From a virus (taxonomy: Duplodnaviria > Caudoviricetes): a stretch of DNA of 61,126 bases. A program made the position numbers and the translations under genes. The first letter of the stretch is position 1; every line of letters begins with the position of its first letter. A model generated the notes under the pieces. That model was not told where the DNA came from. It searched no databases and saw only the letters and a program-made list of their open reading frames with translations. This document shows, in pieces, positions 8,876-18,358 of the stretch. Location of the stretch: IMG/VR virus record IMGVR_UViG_3300008954_003412, positions 1 through 61,126 of that record, one strand, 5' to 3'.

Positions 8876-9586
8876 ATGACAAGAGTAAATAGATTGCTTA
8901 ATGATAACATCTGGGATACACTTTGTGACGACGAAGAGTGCGGATTTTTTAAAGCTGAACTTAGACCAGAGATAAGAAAGGCACTTTTAAAGATCGCATA
9001 CGACTTTTTAAGCTTCTTAGATGCGAAACTTCCGTTTTCTGATATTACAATAACAGGTTCAATGGCTAACTATAATTACACAAAATATAGTGACATTGAT
9101 CTTCATATTATTTTTGATTTTTCAAGTGTGCTAGAAGATAAAACACTTCTTAAAGATCTTTTTAATGCAAAAAGAAGAATTTGGAATGAAGAGCATGATA
9201 TTATGATAAAGGGTCACGACGTTGAACTCTATGCGCAAGATGCTGCTGAACCCCACCATTCTACAGGAGTTTTCTCTGTTTTAAAAAATAGATGGAACGT
9301 GACCCCTCTAAGATCTGCACCAGATATTGACGAGGAATTGGTTGTAAAAAAATCTAAAGACATAGCTAGTAGAATTGACTTTTTAAATAAAATTGAAAAC
9401 AAGCAAAGATCTTTAAAAAAAATAAAAGAAAAAATAATGAAAATGAGAAAAGACGGCCTCGAAAGATCAGGAGAATTCTCAGAAGAAAATTTGACTTTTA
9501 AGACTTTGCGAAACACTGGATATATCGGAAAATTAAACGATGCTATTAGAAGTGAATATGATCGCTCTGTCTCAATAGAGCAATAA
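8876..9586 (+). CDS. Pol-beta superfamily nucleotidyltransferase (large-phage type)
   Basis: ITGSMANYNYTKYSDIDLH (GS...DxD); VELYAQD; GEFSEENLTFKTLR. Confidence 0.8.
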   Translation: MTRVNRLLNDNIWDTLCDDEECGFFKAELRPEIRKALLKIAYDFLSFLDAKLPFSDITITGSMANYNYTKYSDIDLHIIFDFSSVLEDKTLLKDLFNAKRRIWNEEHDIMIKGHDVELYAQDAAEPHHSTGVFSVLKNRWNVTPLRSAPDIDEELVVKKSKDIASRIDFLNKIENKQRSLKKIKEKIMKMRKDGLERSGEFSEENLTFKTLRNTGYIGKLNDAIRSEYDRSVSIEQ

Positions 9587-9612
9587 AACTACAAAAGAGA
9601 AAGGACGTAGTT

Positions 9613-9795
9613 ATGAGTAAAGTACTAAGCAAGTGGGAAGAGCTTAAAGTTCTTGTAGAAAGCCTAGAGCTTGATATACACAAGAACGCTAGTGGAAATA
9701 AGAGTGCTGGAACAAGAGCACGCAAGGGTTTGCGTCTTCTTAAAAACTCTGCAGCAGAATTAGTCAAAGCTTCATTAGAAGAAGGCAAAGGCTGA
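9613..9795 (+). CDS. Histone H1-like (Hc1-family) small basic protein
   Basis: GNKSAGTRARK motif typical of the Hc1-like family; 60 aa. Confidence 0.8.
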   Translation: MSKVLSKWEELKVLVESLELDIHKNASGNKSAGTRARKGLRLLKNSAAELVKASLEEGKG

Positions 9796-9804
9796 TACAG
9801 TAAT

Positions 9805-10151
9805 GGGGCCGATCGGTTTCGACATGATCGGATTTTTAGCTGATGCAAGTCCCAGAGATGCCTGGCTGGGTTATCAAGGCATAAAACAATAATCGCAAAC
9901 GACGATTTTAATCAAATAGCAATCGCAGCTTAAAAACCTGTAGATACTTGAGGCGGCAACAGCCAATAAACAGAAAGTTGCATTTGAGATAAAAAATGGT
10001 TCCCTGGAGACAGGTGGGTTTCTGAGATCACATAGGAAACGGGATTTTAATGTGGATATTTTTTAGCTTAAGAAAAAGCTAATAAAACTTGTAAATGAAT
10101 CACTACAATTGAGGATTATGGACGCGGGTTCGATTCCCGCCGGCTCCACCA
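9805..10151 (+). ncRNA. ssrA: tmRNA (one-piece)
   Basis: 5' GGGGCCG pairs with 3' CGGCTCC (G3-U70) followed by ACCA; T-arm GCGGG-TTCGATT-CCCGC; PK1 CCCAG/CTGGG and ATGCCT/AGGCAT; tag ORF present. Confidence 0.96.
9895..9933 (+). other. tmRNA proteolysis-tag reading frame ANDDFNQIAIAA*
   Basis: Resume codon GCA after ATAATC; ends in AA followed by TAA. Confidence 0.9.
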
Positions 10152-10183
10152 CTGTTTAACAAAATTAGTCAAAAGAATGATAC

Positions 10184-10432
10184 TTACTTAGGAAGGGATT
10201 CTCTAAGCTTGATTAAAATATTTTTCTCTATTTGGCAGATTCTCATTCTTGTTAAATTGAATATTTCGCCAATTTCTTGTAATGTTTTTGGGCCAGATTT
10301 TGCGCTTATTAAGACACAATTTAAATCCTTTTTGCAGTTTATCCAGTTTTTACATTCTTCTTTTTGGCATGCAGAATTTTTCGAGCTGTGTATTTCAAAG
10401 CACGTCGTAGAAGAAGATTTTAATTTTTTCAT
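10184..10432 (-). CDS. Stand-alone sigma-70 region 4 HTH protein with Cys-rich N-terminus
   Basis: PKTLQEIGEIFNLTRMRICQIEKNILIKLR matches the region 4.2 consensus; five N-terminal Cys. Confidence 0.82.
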   Translation of the reverse strand: MKKLKSSSTTCFEIHSSKNSACQKEECKNWINCKKDLNCVLISAKSGPKTLQEIGEIFNLTRMRICQIEKNILIKLRESLPK

Positions 10433-10447
10433 ATTGTAGGGAGCTCC

Positions 10448-11767
10448 ATGAAAAAGACATTTGTTTTAGATACCAACGTATTACTTTATGACGCAGGATG
10501 TCTTTTGTCCTTCGATGACAATAATATCATAATTCCGCTAATTGTTTTAGAAGAACTAGATCGTCATAAGAAAAGACCAGATGAAGTAGGTAGAAACGCC
10601 AGACAATCAGTTCGAACATTGGATGAATTAAGAGAAAAAGGTTCATTACAATTAGGGGTCGAACTTGAGTCAGGTGGAACAATTAAAATTATTTCTCCAG
10701 CAGACTTAAAGTCACAACCTGATTTTGAGCTTGACAAATCTATTGCTGATAATCTAATAATCTACACAGCCAAGTCGCTTAGCATTGACTTAGGCAGCGA
10801 TGTAATACTCGTAACAAAAGACATAAACGTTAGAGTGAAGTGTGACGCGCTTAGTGTTAGATGTGAAGATTTTAAAAAGCATCAAGTTGTCGATCAAGCT
10901 GAGGGCTTATATCGAGGTGTTGTAAGATGCAATGTCTCCCAGGATATCATTGATCTTGTTTATAGTTCACGGACCATTAAGCTTCCTGAGGAAATTAAAA
11001 GTCAAATTGATGTCTATCCCAACCAGTTTATCGTTCTAAAAGACGAAACTACAGGACAAGGATCTGCAATAGTTAGATACTTTGAAGACGGAGACGTAAT
11101 ATCTCTAATTCCAGATATTAAGAGCTCGTGGGGAATGTCTCCCAGAAACAAAGAGCAGAAATTTTCATTAGATATCTTAAATGATGATGAAGTCAAGCTT
11201 GTCACGCTAGTAGGACAGGCCGGCACCGGAAAGACACTATTGGCTATATCTGCAGCACTTCAACAAGTATTAGAACCAGATAATAAAAAATATGATAAAG
11301 TTGTCATCTCACGACCAGTCCAGCCAGTAGGTAAAGATATCGGATTCCTTCCCGGGACGCTAGAGGAAAAGATGCAACCCTGGATCGCACCAATTAGAGA
11401 TAATCTAAAATTCTTGTTCGGTGGAAACAATGATACACTTGACATGTATGTTGAAACAGGAACAATTGAGATCGAAGCAATTACATTTATTCGAGGTAGA
11501 TCCATATCAAATGCGATTATGATTATTGATGAGGCTCAAAACCTTACAACGCATGAGCTCAAGACAATTATTACACGTGTAGGTGAAAACACAAAGATAA
11601 TTCTTACAGGTGATATTGACCAGATTGATAACACATATCTAGACTCATCTTCAAACGGCCTCAGTTATGCTGTAGAGAAATTCAAGTATCATGATATTGC
11701 TGGGCACGTCTTGCTAATAAAAGGCGAAAGATCTAAACTTGCATCTCTTGGAGCAGAAATCCTATAA
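10448..11767 (+). CDS. phoH: PIN-PhoH fusion protein (PhoH2/YlaK type)
   Basis: PIN motif VLDTNVLL; Walker A GQAGTGKT; IGFLPG; IRGRS; IIDEAQN; GDIDQID. Confidence 0.95.
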   Translation: MKKTFVLDTNVLLYDAGCLLSFDDNNIIIPLIVLEELDRHKKRPDEVGRNARQSVRTLDELREKGSLQLGVELESGGTIKIISPADLKSQPDFELDKSIADNLIIYTAKSLSIDLGSDVILVTKDINVRVKCDALSVRCEDFKKHQVVDQAEGLYRGVVRCNVSQDIIDLVYSSRTIKLPEEIKSQIDVYPNQFIVLKDETTGQGSAIVRYFEDGDVISLIPDIKSSWGMSPRNKEQKFSLDILNDDEVKLVTLVGQAGTGKTLLAISAALQQVLEPDNKKYDKVVISRPVQPVGKDIGFLPGTLEEKMQPWIAPIRDNLKFLFGGNNDTLDMYVETGTIEIEAITFIRGRSISNAIMIIDEAQNLTTHELKTIITRVGENTKIILTGDIDQIDNTYLDSSSNGLSYAVEKFKYHDIAGHVLLIKGERSKLASLGAEIL

Positions 11768-11780
11768 ATTATATTTTCTA

Positions 11781-11790
11781 TGTGTATAAT
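11781..11790 (+). promoter_or_regulatory. Extended -10 promoter TGTGTATAAT at the head of the glycan island
   Basis: Consensus TG-TATAAT in an intergenic gap, followed by GGAGG RBS. Confidence 0.55.
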
Positions 11791-11820
11791 CTAGATTAGA
11801 TAAAATATAGGAGGATTCAA

Positions 11821-13743
11821 TTGGATTTTGGTTCAAGTATTTTTTCACAGCCGGCGATGTCTGGTATTCCAAAAGATGCAAAAGTCGTATTTGTTTCGGA
11901 TATGTTCGTTGAAGATTATGTAGGAGGCGCAGAGTTAACGTCAGAAGCCCTGATTCAATCTTCTCCATTTGATGTTCATAAGCTTCATTCAAAAGATGTC
12001 AATGAAGAAACTCTTCGTCAAGGGCATAATAAGTTCTGGGTTTTTGGCAATGTTGCGTCAATGGATTACAAGCTAATTCCAACAATCGTTGCAAATATGA
12101 AATATGCTGTAGTTGAATATGACTACAAGTTTTGCAGATATAGATCTCCTGAAAAGCACTTAGAAATAGAAAAAAGTAATTGCGATTGTCATGACAATAT
12201 GCATGGAAAAATTATTTCTGCATTTTATCATGGTGCCACTTCATTGTGGTGGATGTCAGAAAAGCAAATGGAAATATATCATAAAAGATTTCCATTCTTG
12301 GGTGAAAGATTAAATACTGTTCTTTCTTCTGTATTTGATAATGATTTCTTTGTGACTTCAAAAGCACTAAGAAAAAAATATGAAGGAAAAAGATCTGATA
12401 AGTGGATCATAATGGGATCAACATCTTGGATCAAGGGTGTAGATGATGCAAAAGAGCATTGCGAGAAGAACAACTTAGAATATGAGCTAATTTGGAATCT
12501 TCCTTATACTGAGTGTCTTGATAAGCTAGCTAGTAGCAAAGGATTGGTATTTCTCCCAAAGGGTAGTGATACATGTCCAAGATTAGTAATAGAGGCAAAA
12601 CTCCTAGGGTGTGAACTAGTACTGAATGATAATGTCCAGCATAAAGATGAAATATGGTTTGATACTAATGATATGGTTGATACAGAATCATATCTTTTTG
12701 CTGCAAGAGATAGATTTTGGAATGGAATTAAGCATGATATGAATTTTCAAGCAACGCTAAGTGGATATACAACAACAAAGGACTGTAATGTCCAGAATTA
12801 TCCGTGGAAGCAAACGATTCAATCAATGCTAGGATTTTGTGATGAAGTCGTAGTAGTTGATGGCGGATCATCTGATAGCACGTGGGAAGATCTACAGGCA
12901 TGGGCAGAAACAGAGCCCAAGCTAGTAATCCACCAGCAAGTCAGAGACTGGGATCACCCGCGATTCGCAGTATTTGACGGAATGCAAAAAGCACTCGCAA
13001 GATCATTGTGCACAATGGACTTCTGCTGGCAAATGGACTCAGATGAGATCGTTCATGAAAAAGACTATGAAAAGGTCAAAGGTATTTGTAAAAACTTCCC
13101 AAACAATATGGACTTAATTGCCATGCCCGTAATTGAGTATTGGGGAGGTCCAGAAAAGGTACGTGCCGACGTCAACCCGTGGAAATGGCGTTTAAGCAGA
13201 AACAAGCCGTATATCACACACGGAATTCCAGCTCAATTACGAAAATATGACGACGATGGACACGTATATTCTGCGCCAGGATCTGATGGTTGTGATTACG
13301 TTAGGTCTGATAGTTACGACGTTGTCCCCTGCGGGAATTTCTACACGCAAGATGTGGATAATGTAAGGCGCCAGGTCGGAATGAATCCAGAAGCCAAGCA
13401 GGCATATGAGGGATGGGTCAATCAAATTATTGAGGCGTTCCCGCCTGTATTCCATTTTTCTTGGTGGGATCTTGAAAGAAAGATCAAGACTTACCGCGAC
13501 TACTGGAGCTCACATTGGAAGTCGCTCTACAATGAAGGCAAAGAAGATACTGCAGAGAATAACATGATGTTTGATATCCCGTGGTCAGAAGTTACAGATG
13601 AAATGATTGTTGATCGAGCAGAATTAATGAAAGATAAACTGGGTGGGTGGATCTGGCATACTAAGTGGAACGGTGAGGATACTACACCGCACATCAACAT
13701 TAATAAAGATCTCCCAGCAGTCATAAAAGAGTGGATTAAATGA
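11821..13743 (+). CDS. Two-domain glycosyltransferase (GT-B/GT4-like plus GT2)
   Basis: N-half LVFLPKGSDTCPRLVIEAKLLGC; C-half VVVVDGGSSDST and WQMDSDE; TTG start with GGAGG. Confidence 0.82.
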   Translation: MDFGSSIFSQPAMSGIPKDAKVVFVSDMFVEDYVGGAELTSEALIQSSPFDVHKLHSKDVNEETLRQGHNKFWVFGNVASMDYKLIPTIVANMKYAVVEYDYKFCRYRSPEKHLEIEKSNCDCHDNMHGKIISAFYHGATSLWWMSEKQMEIYHKRFPFLGERLNTVLSSVFDNDFFVTSKALRKKYEGKRSDKWIIMGSTSWIKGVDDAKEHCEKNNLEYELIWNLPYTECLDKLASSKGLVFLPKGSDTCPRLVIEAKLLGCELVLNDNVQHKDEIWFDTNDMVDTESYLFAARDRFWNGIKHDMNFQATLSGYTTTKDCNVQNYPWKQTIQSMLGFCDEVVVVDGGSSDSTWEDLQAWAETEPKLVIHQQVRDWDHPRFAVFDGMQKALARSLCTMDFCWQMDSDEIVHEKDYEKVKGICKNFPNNMDLIAMPVIEYWGGPEKVRADVNPWKWRLSRNKPYITHGIPAQLRKYDDDGHVYSAPGSDGCDYVRSDSYDVVPCGNFYTQDVDNVRRQVGMNPEAKQAYEGWVNQIIEAFPPVFHFSWWDLERKIKTYRDYWSSHWKSLYNEGKEDTAENNMMFDIPWSEVTDEMIVDRAELMKDKLGGWIWHTKWNGEDTTPHININKDLPAVIKEWIK

Positions 13744-14450
13744 AAGTAGTTTTCATAGTTCCGTCTTATAATATAGCTGGAAATATCGACACATTAGTCA
13801 AATCCCTATTTGTTCAAACAAACCCAAACTGGGAATGTACGATAATTGATGATATCTCTTCTGACGAAACCTGGGAGAGGTTAAATCAAAAAGTAGGTAC
13901 AAGTGAAAAGTTCACATTAATAAAAAATGATGAAAAGAAATATGCTCTCCGGAACATTGTCGAAGTAGCTAGAAAGCATGAAGATCAAGACGATATAATA
14001 ATTGCTGTTATCGATGGCGATGATTCTCTTTGCAACGAAGAAACAGTCAATATCCTAATCGATTCATATCAAAAGGGAAATGAAGTTGTTTGGACAGCCC
14101 ACAAATGGGATACGAACGGAATGAACATATCAGGACCAATTCCACCAAATGTAAACCCATATCAGTGGCCCTGGAGATCATCACATCTCAGAACATTCAA
14201 ATCAAATTTATTAAAAAAAGTATCTGATACAAACTTCAAAAACTTCAGAGGCCAGTGGTTCAAAAGAGGATATGATCAAGCTTTGATGCTACCATTGATT
14301 CATGTTTCAAGTAAATTTGAATTTGTACCAGAAGTATGTTATCTCTATAATATAGACTCTACATCAATTCCCAAAGAAGAAAGAAATTGGTGTGAAAGAG
14401 AGCAAATATCTACAATTAACTTTGTTAGAGCAAGAGGATTCATCAGTTGA
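13740..14450 (+). CDS. GT2 family glycosyltransferase
   Basis: IVPSYN, IIDDISSD, IDGDD. Confidence 0.88.
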   Translation: MKVVFIVPSYNIAGNIDTLVKSLFVQTNPNWECTIIDDISSDETWERLNQKVGTSEKFTLIKNDEKKYALRNIVEVARKHEDQDDIIIAVIDGDDSLCNEETVNILIDSYQKGNEVVWTAHKWDTNGMNISGPIPPNVNPYQWPWRSSHLRTFKSNLLKKVSDTNFKNFRGQWFKRGYDQALMLPLIHVSSKFEFVPEVCYLYNIDSTSIPKEERNWCEREQISTINFVRARGFIS

Positions 14451-15340
14451 AACTCTATTTCGACAATATAAATTTCCAGTCATGTTCTGGCCCAAATAGC
14501 TTTGGAACAAAGCTTGCCATAGAATTAGAAAATAGCGGACACAGAGTTAATAGTGATGAAGATCCTGATATCCAGCTATCATTTATTCAAGCTACACAGA
14601 AACTAGCACCCATTATTCAACGACTTGACGGAATCTATTTTAACTCAGAGCAAGACTGGGAATTGTTAAATCAGCCAATAAAACAAACATATGATCTTTC
14701 TGCCGGCGTAGTATTCCAATCCGAATTTAATAAACTCCTAACAGAAAAATATTTCGGCAAAAAAGAAAAATCAACTGTAATTCACAACGGAACAAATTTG
14801 GATTTTATATCCCAGATATCTCCGCTAGAGACTCCTGTTTTAAGTAAGTTTGATAATGTGTGGTCATGTGCATCATCATGGCGACCGCATAAAAGATTGT
14901 CAGAAAATGTCAGATACTTCTTAGAACACTCAGAAGATAGCGATTGTCTGATAATAGCTGGTAGTAATCCAGATTATCAAATCAAACATGATCGAATATT
15001 CTATGCTGGAAATTTAGATTATGCTCAACTAATATCACTATATAAGAAATCTAAATATTTTATCCACTTAGCATTAATGGATCATTGCCCAAATGTTGTA
15101 GTTGACGCTAGAGCATCCGGATGCAAAATTATATGTAGCTCATCAGGTGGGACAAAAGAAATTGCTGGCGATCATTCTGTGATCATCCAAGATATGGAGT
15201 GGGATTACCTGCCATTCAAACTGTATGAACCACCAAAATTAGATTTTTCAAAAACAATTAGTGGAACGAATAATAGTGAAATCAATATTACAAGGGTGTC
15301 AAACATGTATTTAGATTTTTTTAACGAGGTTTTAAGTTGA
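14447..15340 (+). CDS. GT4 family glycosyltransferase
   Basis: VIHNG; DHCPNVVVDARASGC..SSGGTKE. Confidence 0.85.
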   Translation: MKLYFDNINFQSCSGPNSFGTKLAIELENSGHRVNSDEDPDIQLSFIQATQKLAPIIQRLDGIYFNSEQDWELLNQPIKQTYDLSAGVVFQSEFNKLLTEKYFGKKEKSTVIHNGTNLDFISQISPLETPVLSKFDNVWSCASSWRPHKRLSENVRYFLEHSEDSDCLIIAGSNPDYQIKHDRIFYAGNLDYAQLISLYKKSKYFIHLALMDHCPNVVVDARASGCKIICSSSGGTKEIAGDHSVIIQDMEWDYLPFKLYEPPKLDFSKTISGTNNSEINITRVSNMYLDFFNEVLS

Positions 15341-16248
15341 AAGTTTATATTTTAGCACCAAACGAAGACTGGATATGTGATAGAATTGCATCTGAGTGGA
15401 AAAAATATAACATCAACACAATAACAAACAATATCCACGAAGCTGATGTTGTCTGGCTTTTAGCTGGATGGTGCTGGAACCATATTCCTCAAGAAATTCT
15501 TTTATCTAAAAAAACAATACTAACTGTTCATCATATTGTCCCAGAAAAATTTAATCAACAAAAATACCAAGAATTTGTTTTTAGAGATAAGTTTATAGAC
15601 GCATATCATGTTCCAAACTCTAAAACAGGAGAAATTGTAAACCAACTTACAAAAAAACCAATTTATATAGCTGGATACTGGTATGATCCTGATATGTGGT
15701 TTGATGAGCCTAAGGATGAGTGTAGAGAGGCCCTAGATCTTCCCAAAGACAAATTTATTGTCGGATCTTTTCAAAGAGACACAGAGGGGGGAACAAGAAA
15801 TCCAAAGCTTGAAAAAGGGCCAGATCTATTTTGTGATTATTTAGAAAAATTAAATGTAGATCTTCACGTTCTTCTCGGCGGGTGGAGAAGAGAATATGTT
15901 ATTGATCGATTAAATAAAACAAATATTCCTTACACATTTATTGAAAAGGCATCAATTGAACAATTGCGAATGATGTATAATGCATGTGATCTTTATGTTG
16001 TAGGATCCAGATTTGAAGGTGGACCACAAGCTATATTAGAGGCATCATCAACAAACACACCTATTGTTTCGCGAGATGTCGGAATAGCAAAAGATGTTTT
16101 GGATCCATACTGCATAATTGATATACCAAAACAAGCATGGGTTCCTGAAAAAGAAAGTATTGAGCAAAATTATAAAAATGTTCAAAAGTTTAATATAGTG
16201 AATCATAGAAATAATTACCTAACAATGTTTGAAAGAATATTAAAATGA
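15337..16248 (+). CDS. GT4 family glycosyltransferase
   Basis: SRFEGGPQAILEA..PIVSRDVG. Confidence 0.87.
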   Translation: MKVYILAPNEDWICDRIASEWKKYNINTITNNIHEADVVWLLAGWCWNHIPQEILLSKKTILTVHHIVPEKFNQQKYQEFVFRDKFIDAYHVPNSKTGEIVNQLTKKPIYIAGYWYDPDMWFDEPKDECREALDLPKDKFIVGSFQRDTEGGTRNPKLEKGPDLFCDYLEKLNVDLHVLLGGWRREYVIDRLNKTNIPYTFIEKASIEQLRMMYNACDLYVVGSRFEGGPQAILEASSTNTPIVSRDVGIAKDVLDPYCIIDIPKQAWVPEKESIEQNYKNVQKFNIVNHRNNYLTMFERILK

Positions 16249-17210
16249 AAAAAAGAGCACTAATAACCGGTGTTAATGGAATGGATGGAAGTCATTTATC
16301 CGACTTTCTTTTAGAAAAAGACTACGAAGTTTTTGGAATGGAAAGACGTTCATCTACGAAGAATAGAACAAATACACAGCATCTAGAGGGAAAGATTAAG
16401 TTTTTTACAGGAGACTTGACAGATCAAAATTCTCTTGTTCGAATCTTAAAAGAATGTGATCCTCATGAAGTTTATAATCTTGGATCACAATCATTTGTAG
16501 GAGAAAGCTGGAATACACCAGAGCAAACTTCAAATGTTACAGGAATGGGCGTTCTTAGAATGCTCGAAGCAATAAGAGAAACTAAAAGTAAAGCAAGATT
16601 TTATCAAGCAAGTACGTCAGAAATGTTTGGAAGAATGGTAGAAAATCCTGCTAAGGAAACAACACCATTTTATCCTCGGAGCCCATATGGCGTTGCAAAA
16701 CTTTATGGGCACTGGATTACAAAAAACTACAGAGAATCTTATGATATGTTTGCCGTGTCTGGTATTCTTTTTAATCATGAGTCAGAGCGCCGCGGCCTGG
16801 AGTTTGTAACAAGAAAGATATCAGACGGGGTTGCAAAAATACATCTAGGTTTAGAAGATCATATTTCGCTTGGAAATTTAGATTCAAAAAGAGACTGGGG
16901 ATATGCTCCTGACTATGTAGAAGCAATGTGGCTGATGTTGCAGCAAGATAATCCAGAAGATTTTGTAATTGCAACAAATGAAACACATTCAATTAGAGAT
17001 TTTTTAAATGAGGCATTTACCTATATTGGAATTGATAAGTGGGAAAGCTACATAAAGCAAGATCCCAGATTTATGCGCCCGGCCGAAGTCGCAGTTCTTC
17101 GAGGTGATTATTCAAAAGCAAAAAATATTTTAGGATGGGAACCAAAAACTAACTTCAAGGATCTAGTCAAAAAAATGGTTACTAGTGATATTGAAAAACT
17201 TAAAAAATGA
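16245..17210 (+). CDS. gmd: GDP-mannose 4,6-dehydratase
   Basis: ALITGVNGMDG, QASTSEMFG, FYPRSPYGVAK, NHESERRG, LGNLDSKRDWG. Confidence 0.95.
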   Translation: MKKRALITGVNGMDGSHLSDFLLEKDYEVFGMERRSSTKNRTNTQHLEGKIKFFTGDLTDQNSLVRILKECDPHEVYNLGSQSFVGESWNTPEQTSNVTGMGVLRMLEAIRETKSKARFYQASTSEMFGRMVENPAKETTPFYPRSPYGVAKLYGHWITKNYRESYDMFAVSGILFNHESERRGLEFVTRKISDGVAKIHLGLEDHISLGNLDSKRDWGYAPDYVEAMWLMLQQDNPEDFVIATNETHSIRDFLNEAFTYIGIDKWESYIKQDPRFMRPAEVAVLRGDYSKAKNILGWEPKTNFKDLVKKMVTSDIEKLKK

Positions 17211-17578
17211 ATACACTTGATAAAGACACTGCTTTAATGAAAAAAGTAGAAAAAGGCTGGGGTCATGAGCTCTGGATTCACAATGATGAAGAATATTGTG
17301 GAAAACTTCTTTATTTTAATGAAGGAAAAAGATGCAGCCTTCATTATCACGAAAGAAAAAAAGAAACTTTTTATTTACAGTCTGGCAAGCTAGAGTGCAC
17401 TTTTTATCACTTAGACCACCCGGAAATTAAAAATACAGTCATACTAGAAGCAGGTGATTCTAAAAAAATTCCGAGAAGATTAGTACACCAAATGATAGCG
17501 CTAGAAGACACAGTTTTATTTGAGTTTTCAACCCAACATTTTGATGAAGATTCAATTAGATTACAAAAAGGAGACTAA
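17207..17578 (+). CDS. Cupin-domain sugar isomerase (mannose-6-phosphate isomerase-like)
   Basis: KGWGHE; SLHYHERKKETF; EFST. Confidence 0.8.
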   Translation: MNTLDKDTALMKKVEKGWGHELWIHNDEEYCGKLLYFNEGKRCSLHYHERKKETFYLQSGKLECTFYHLDHPEIKNTVILEAGDSKKIPRRLVHQMIALEDTVLFEFSTQHFDEDSIRLQKGD

Positions 17579-18355
17579 ATGAACAGCAATTTTCTTGACT
17601 TTGGTAAAATCAAAGAAGAGGTAAAAGTAGAAGATATCCCGGAAAGAACTGGGAATATTAAAAAGATAAACATTAAGGATAAGATCAAAAGTCTTGGAAT
17701 TAATTTAGAAGATTTGCGTCTTGGTGATTTCGATCAAATTGGCGAAGTTACTGCAAAGAAAAAAAGAGATCCAGGTTCTGAACTTTATAAAACTGTAGGT
17801 GCATTTTTTCGGCCAAATTACGAAAGAGGACTCTTGATTTATTCCTTGATTAAGAAGTACAATGTAAAGTCTTTCTTAGAAATTGGATTTGGAAGAGGTT
17901 ATGGAACTATGTGTGCAGCAATGGCACTAGCTGAAAACGGTGGTGGCAAAATCACAACAATAGACCCAGCTTTTGACCAGAATTTTCTTAATCAATTAAG
18001 CGAAATATTTCCAAAAAACTGGTTTGATCAAATTCAATTTGTAAAAGGCAAATCCCAAGATTATCTTTCCCAAATGAAAGATAAGTTTGATTTTGTCTAT
18101 ATTGACGGTGATCATACATATGCTGCAACTAAAGCTGATTGGGAGCTTACAAAAGATCGATATAATAAAGTTCTTTTATTTGATGATTATCATCTTCCTG
18201 GGAAGGTTCAAAAAGATATCGAGTGCTCAAATCTAATTGATCAAATTGAAGATGATTCTAAAGAACTCATTATTATGGATAGACGAATATTTTTAGATGA
18301 CCGAGGATACACAGATGATCAAATTAATTATGGGCAAGTTCTTTTAACTCGTTAG
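17579..18355 (+). CDS. Class I SAM-dependent methyltransferase (Methyltransf_24-like)
   Basis: LEIGFGRG; FDFVYIDGDH; FDDY. Confidence 0.88.
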   Translation: MNSNFLDFGKIKEEVKVEDIPERTGNIKKINIKDKIKSLGINLEDLRLGDFDQIGEVTAKKKRDPGSELYKTVGAFFRPNYERGLLIYSLIKKYNVKSFLEIGFGRGYGTMCAAMALAENGGGKITTIDPAFDQNFLNQLSEIFPKNWFDQIQFVKGKSQDYLSQMKDKFDFVYIDGDHTYAATKADWELTKDRYNKVLLFDDYHLPGKVQKDIECSNLIDQIEDDSKELIIMDRRIFLDDRGYTDDQINYGQVLLTR

Positions 18356-18358
18356 TAT

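Noticed and set aside
9805-10151. tmRNA as a host integration site (prophage boundary)
   Set aside because: No integrase and no duplicated 3' end seen; phage-like genes and the same promoter motifs occur on both sides.
10209-10439. Plus-strand 76-aa ORF
   Set aside because: Antisense to the sigma region-4 gene, which has a clear motif; this ORF has none.
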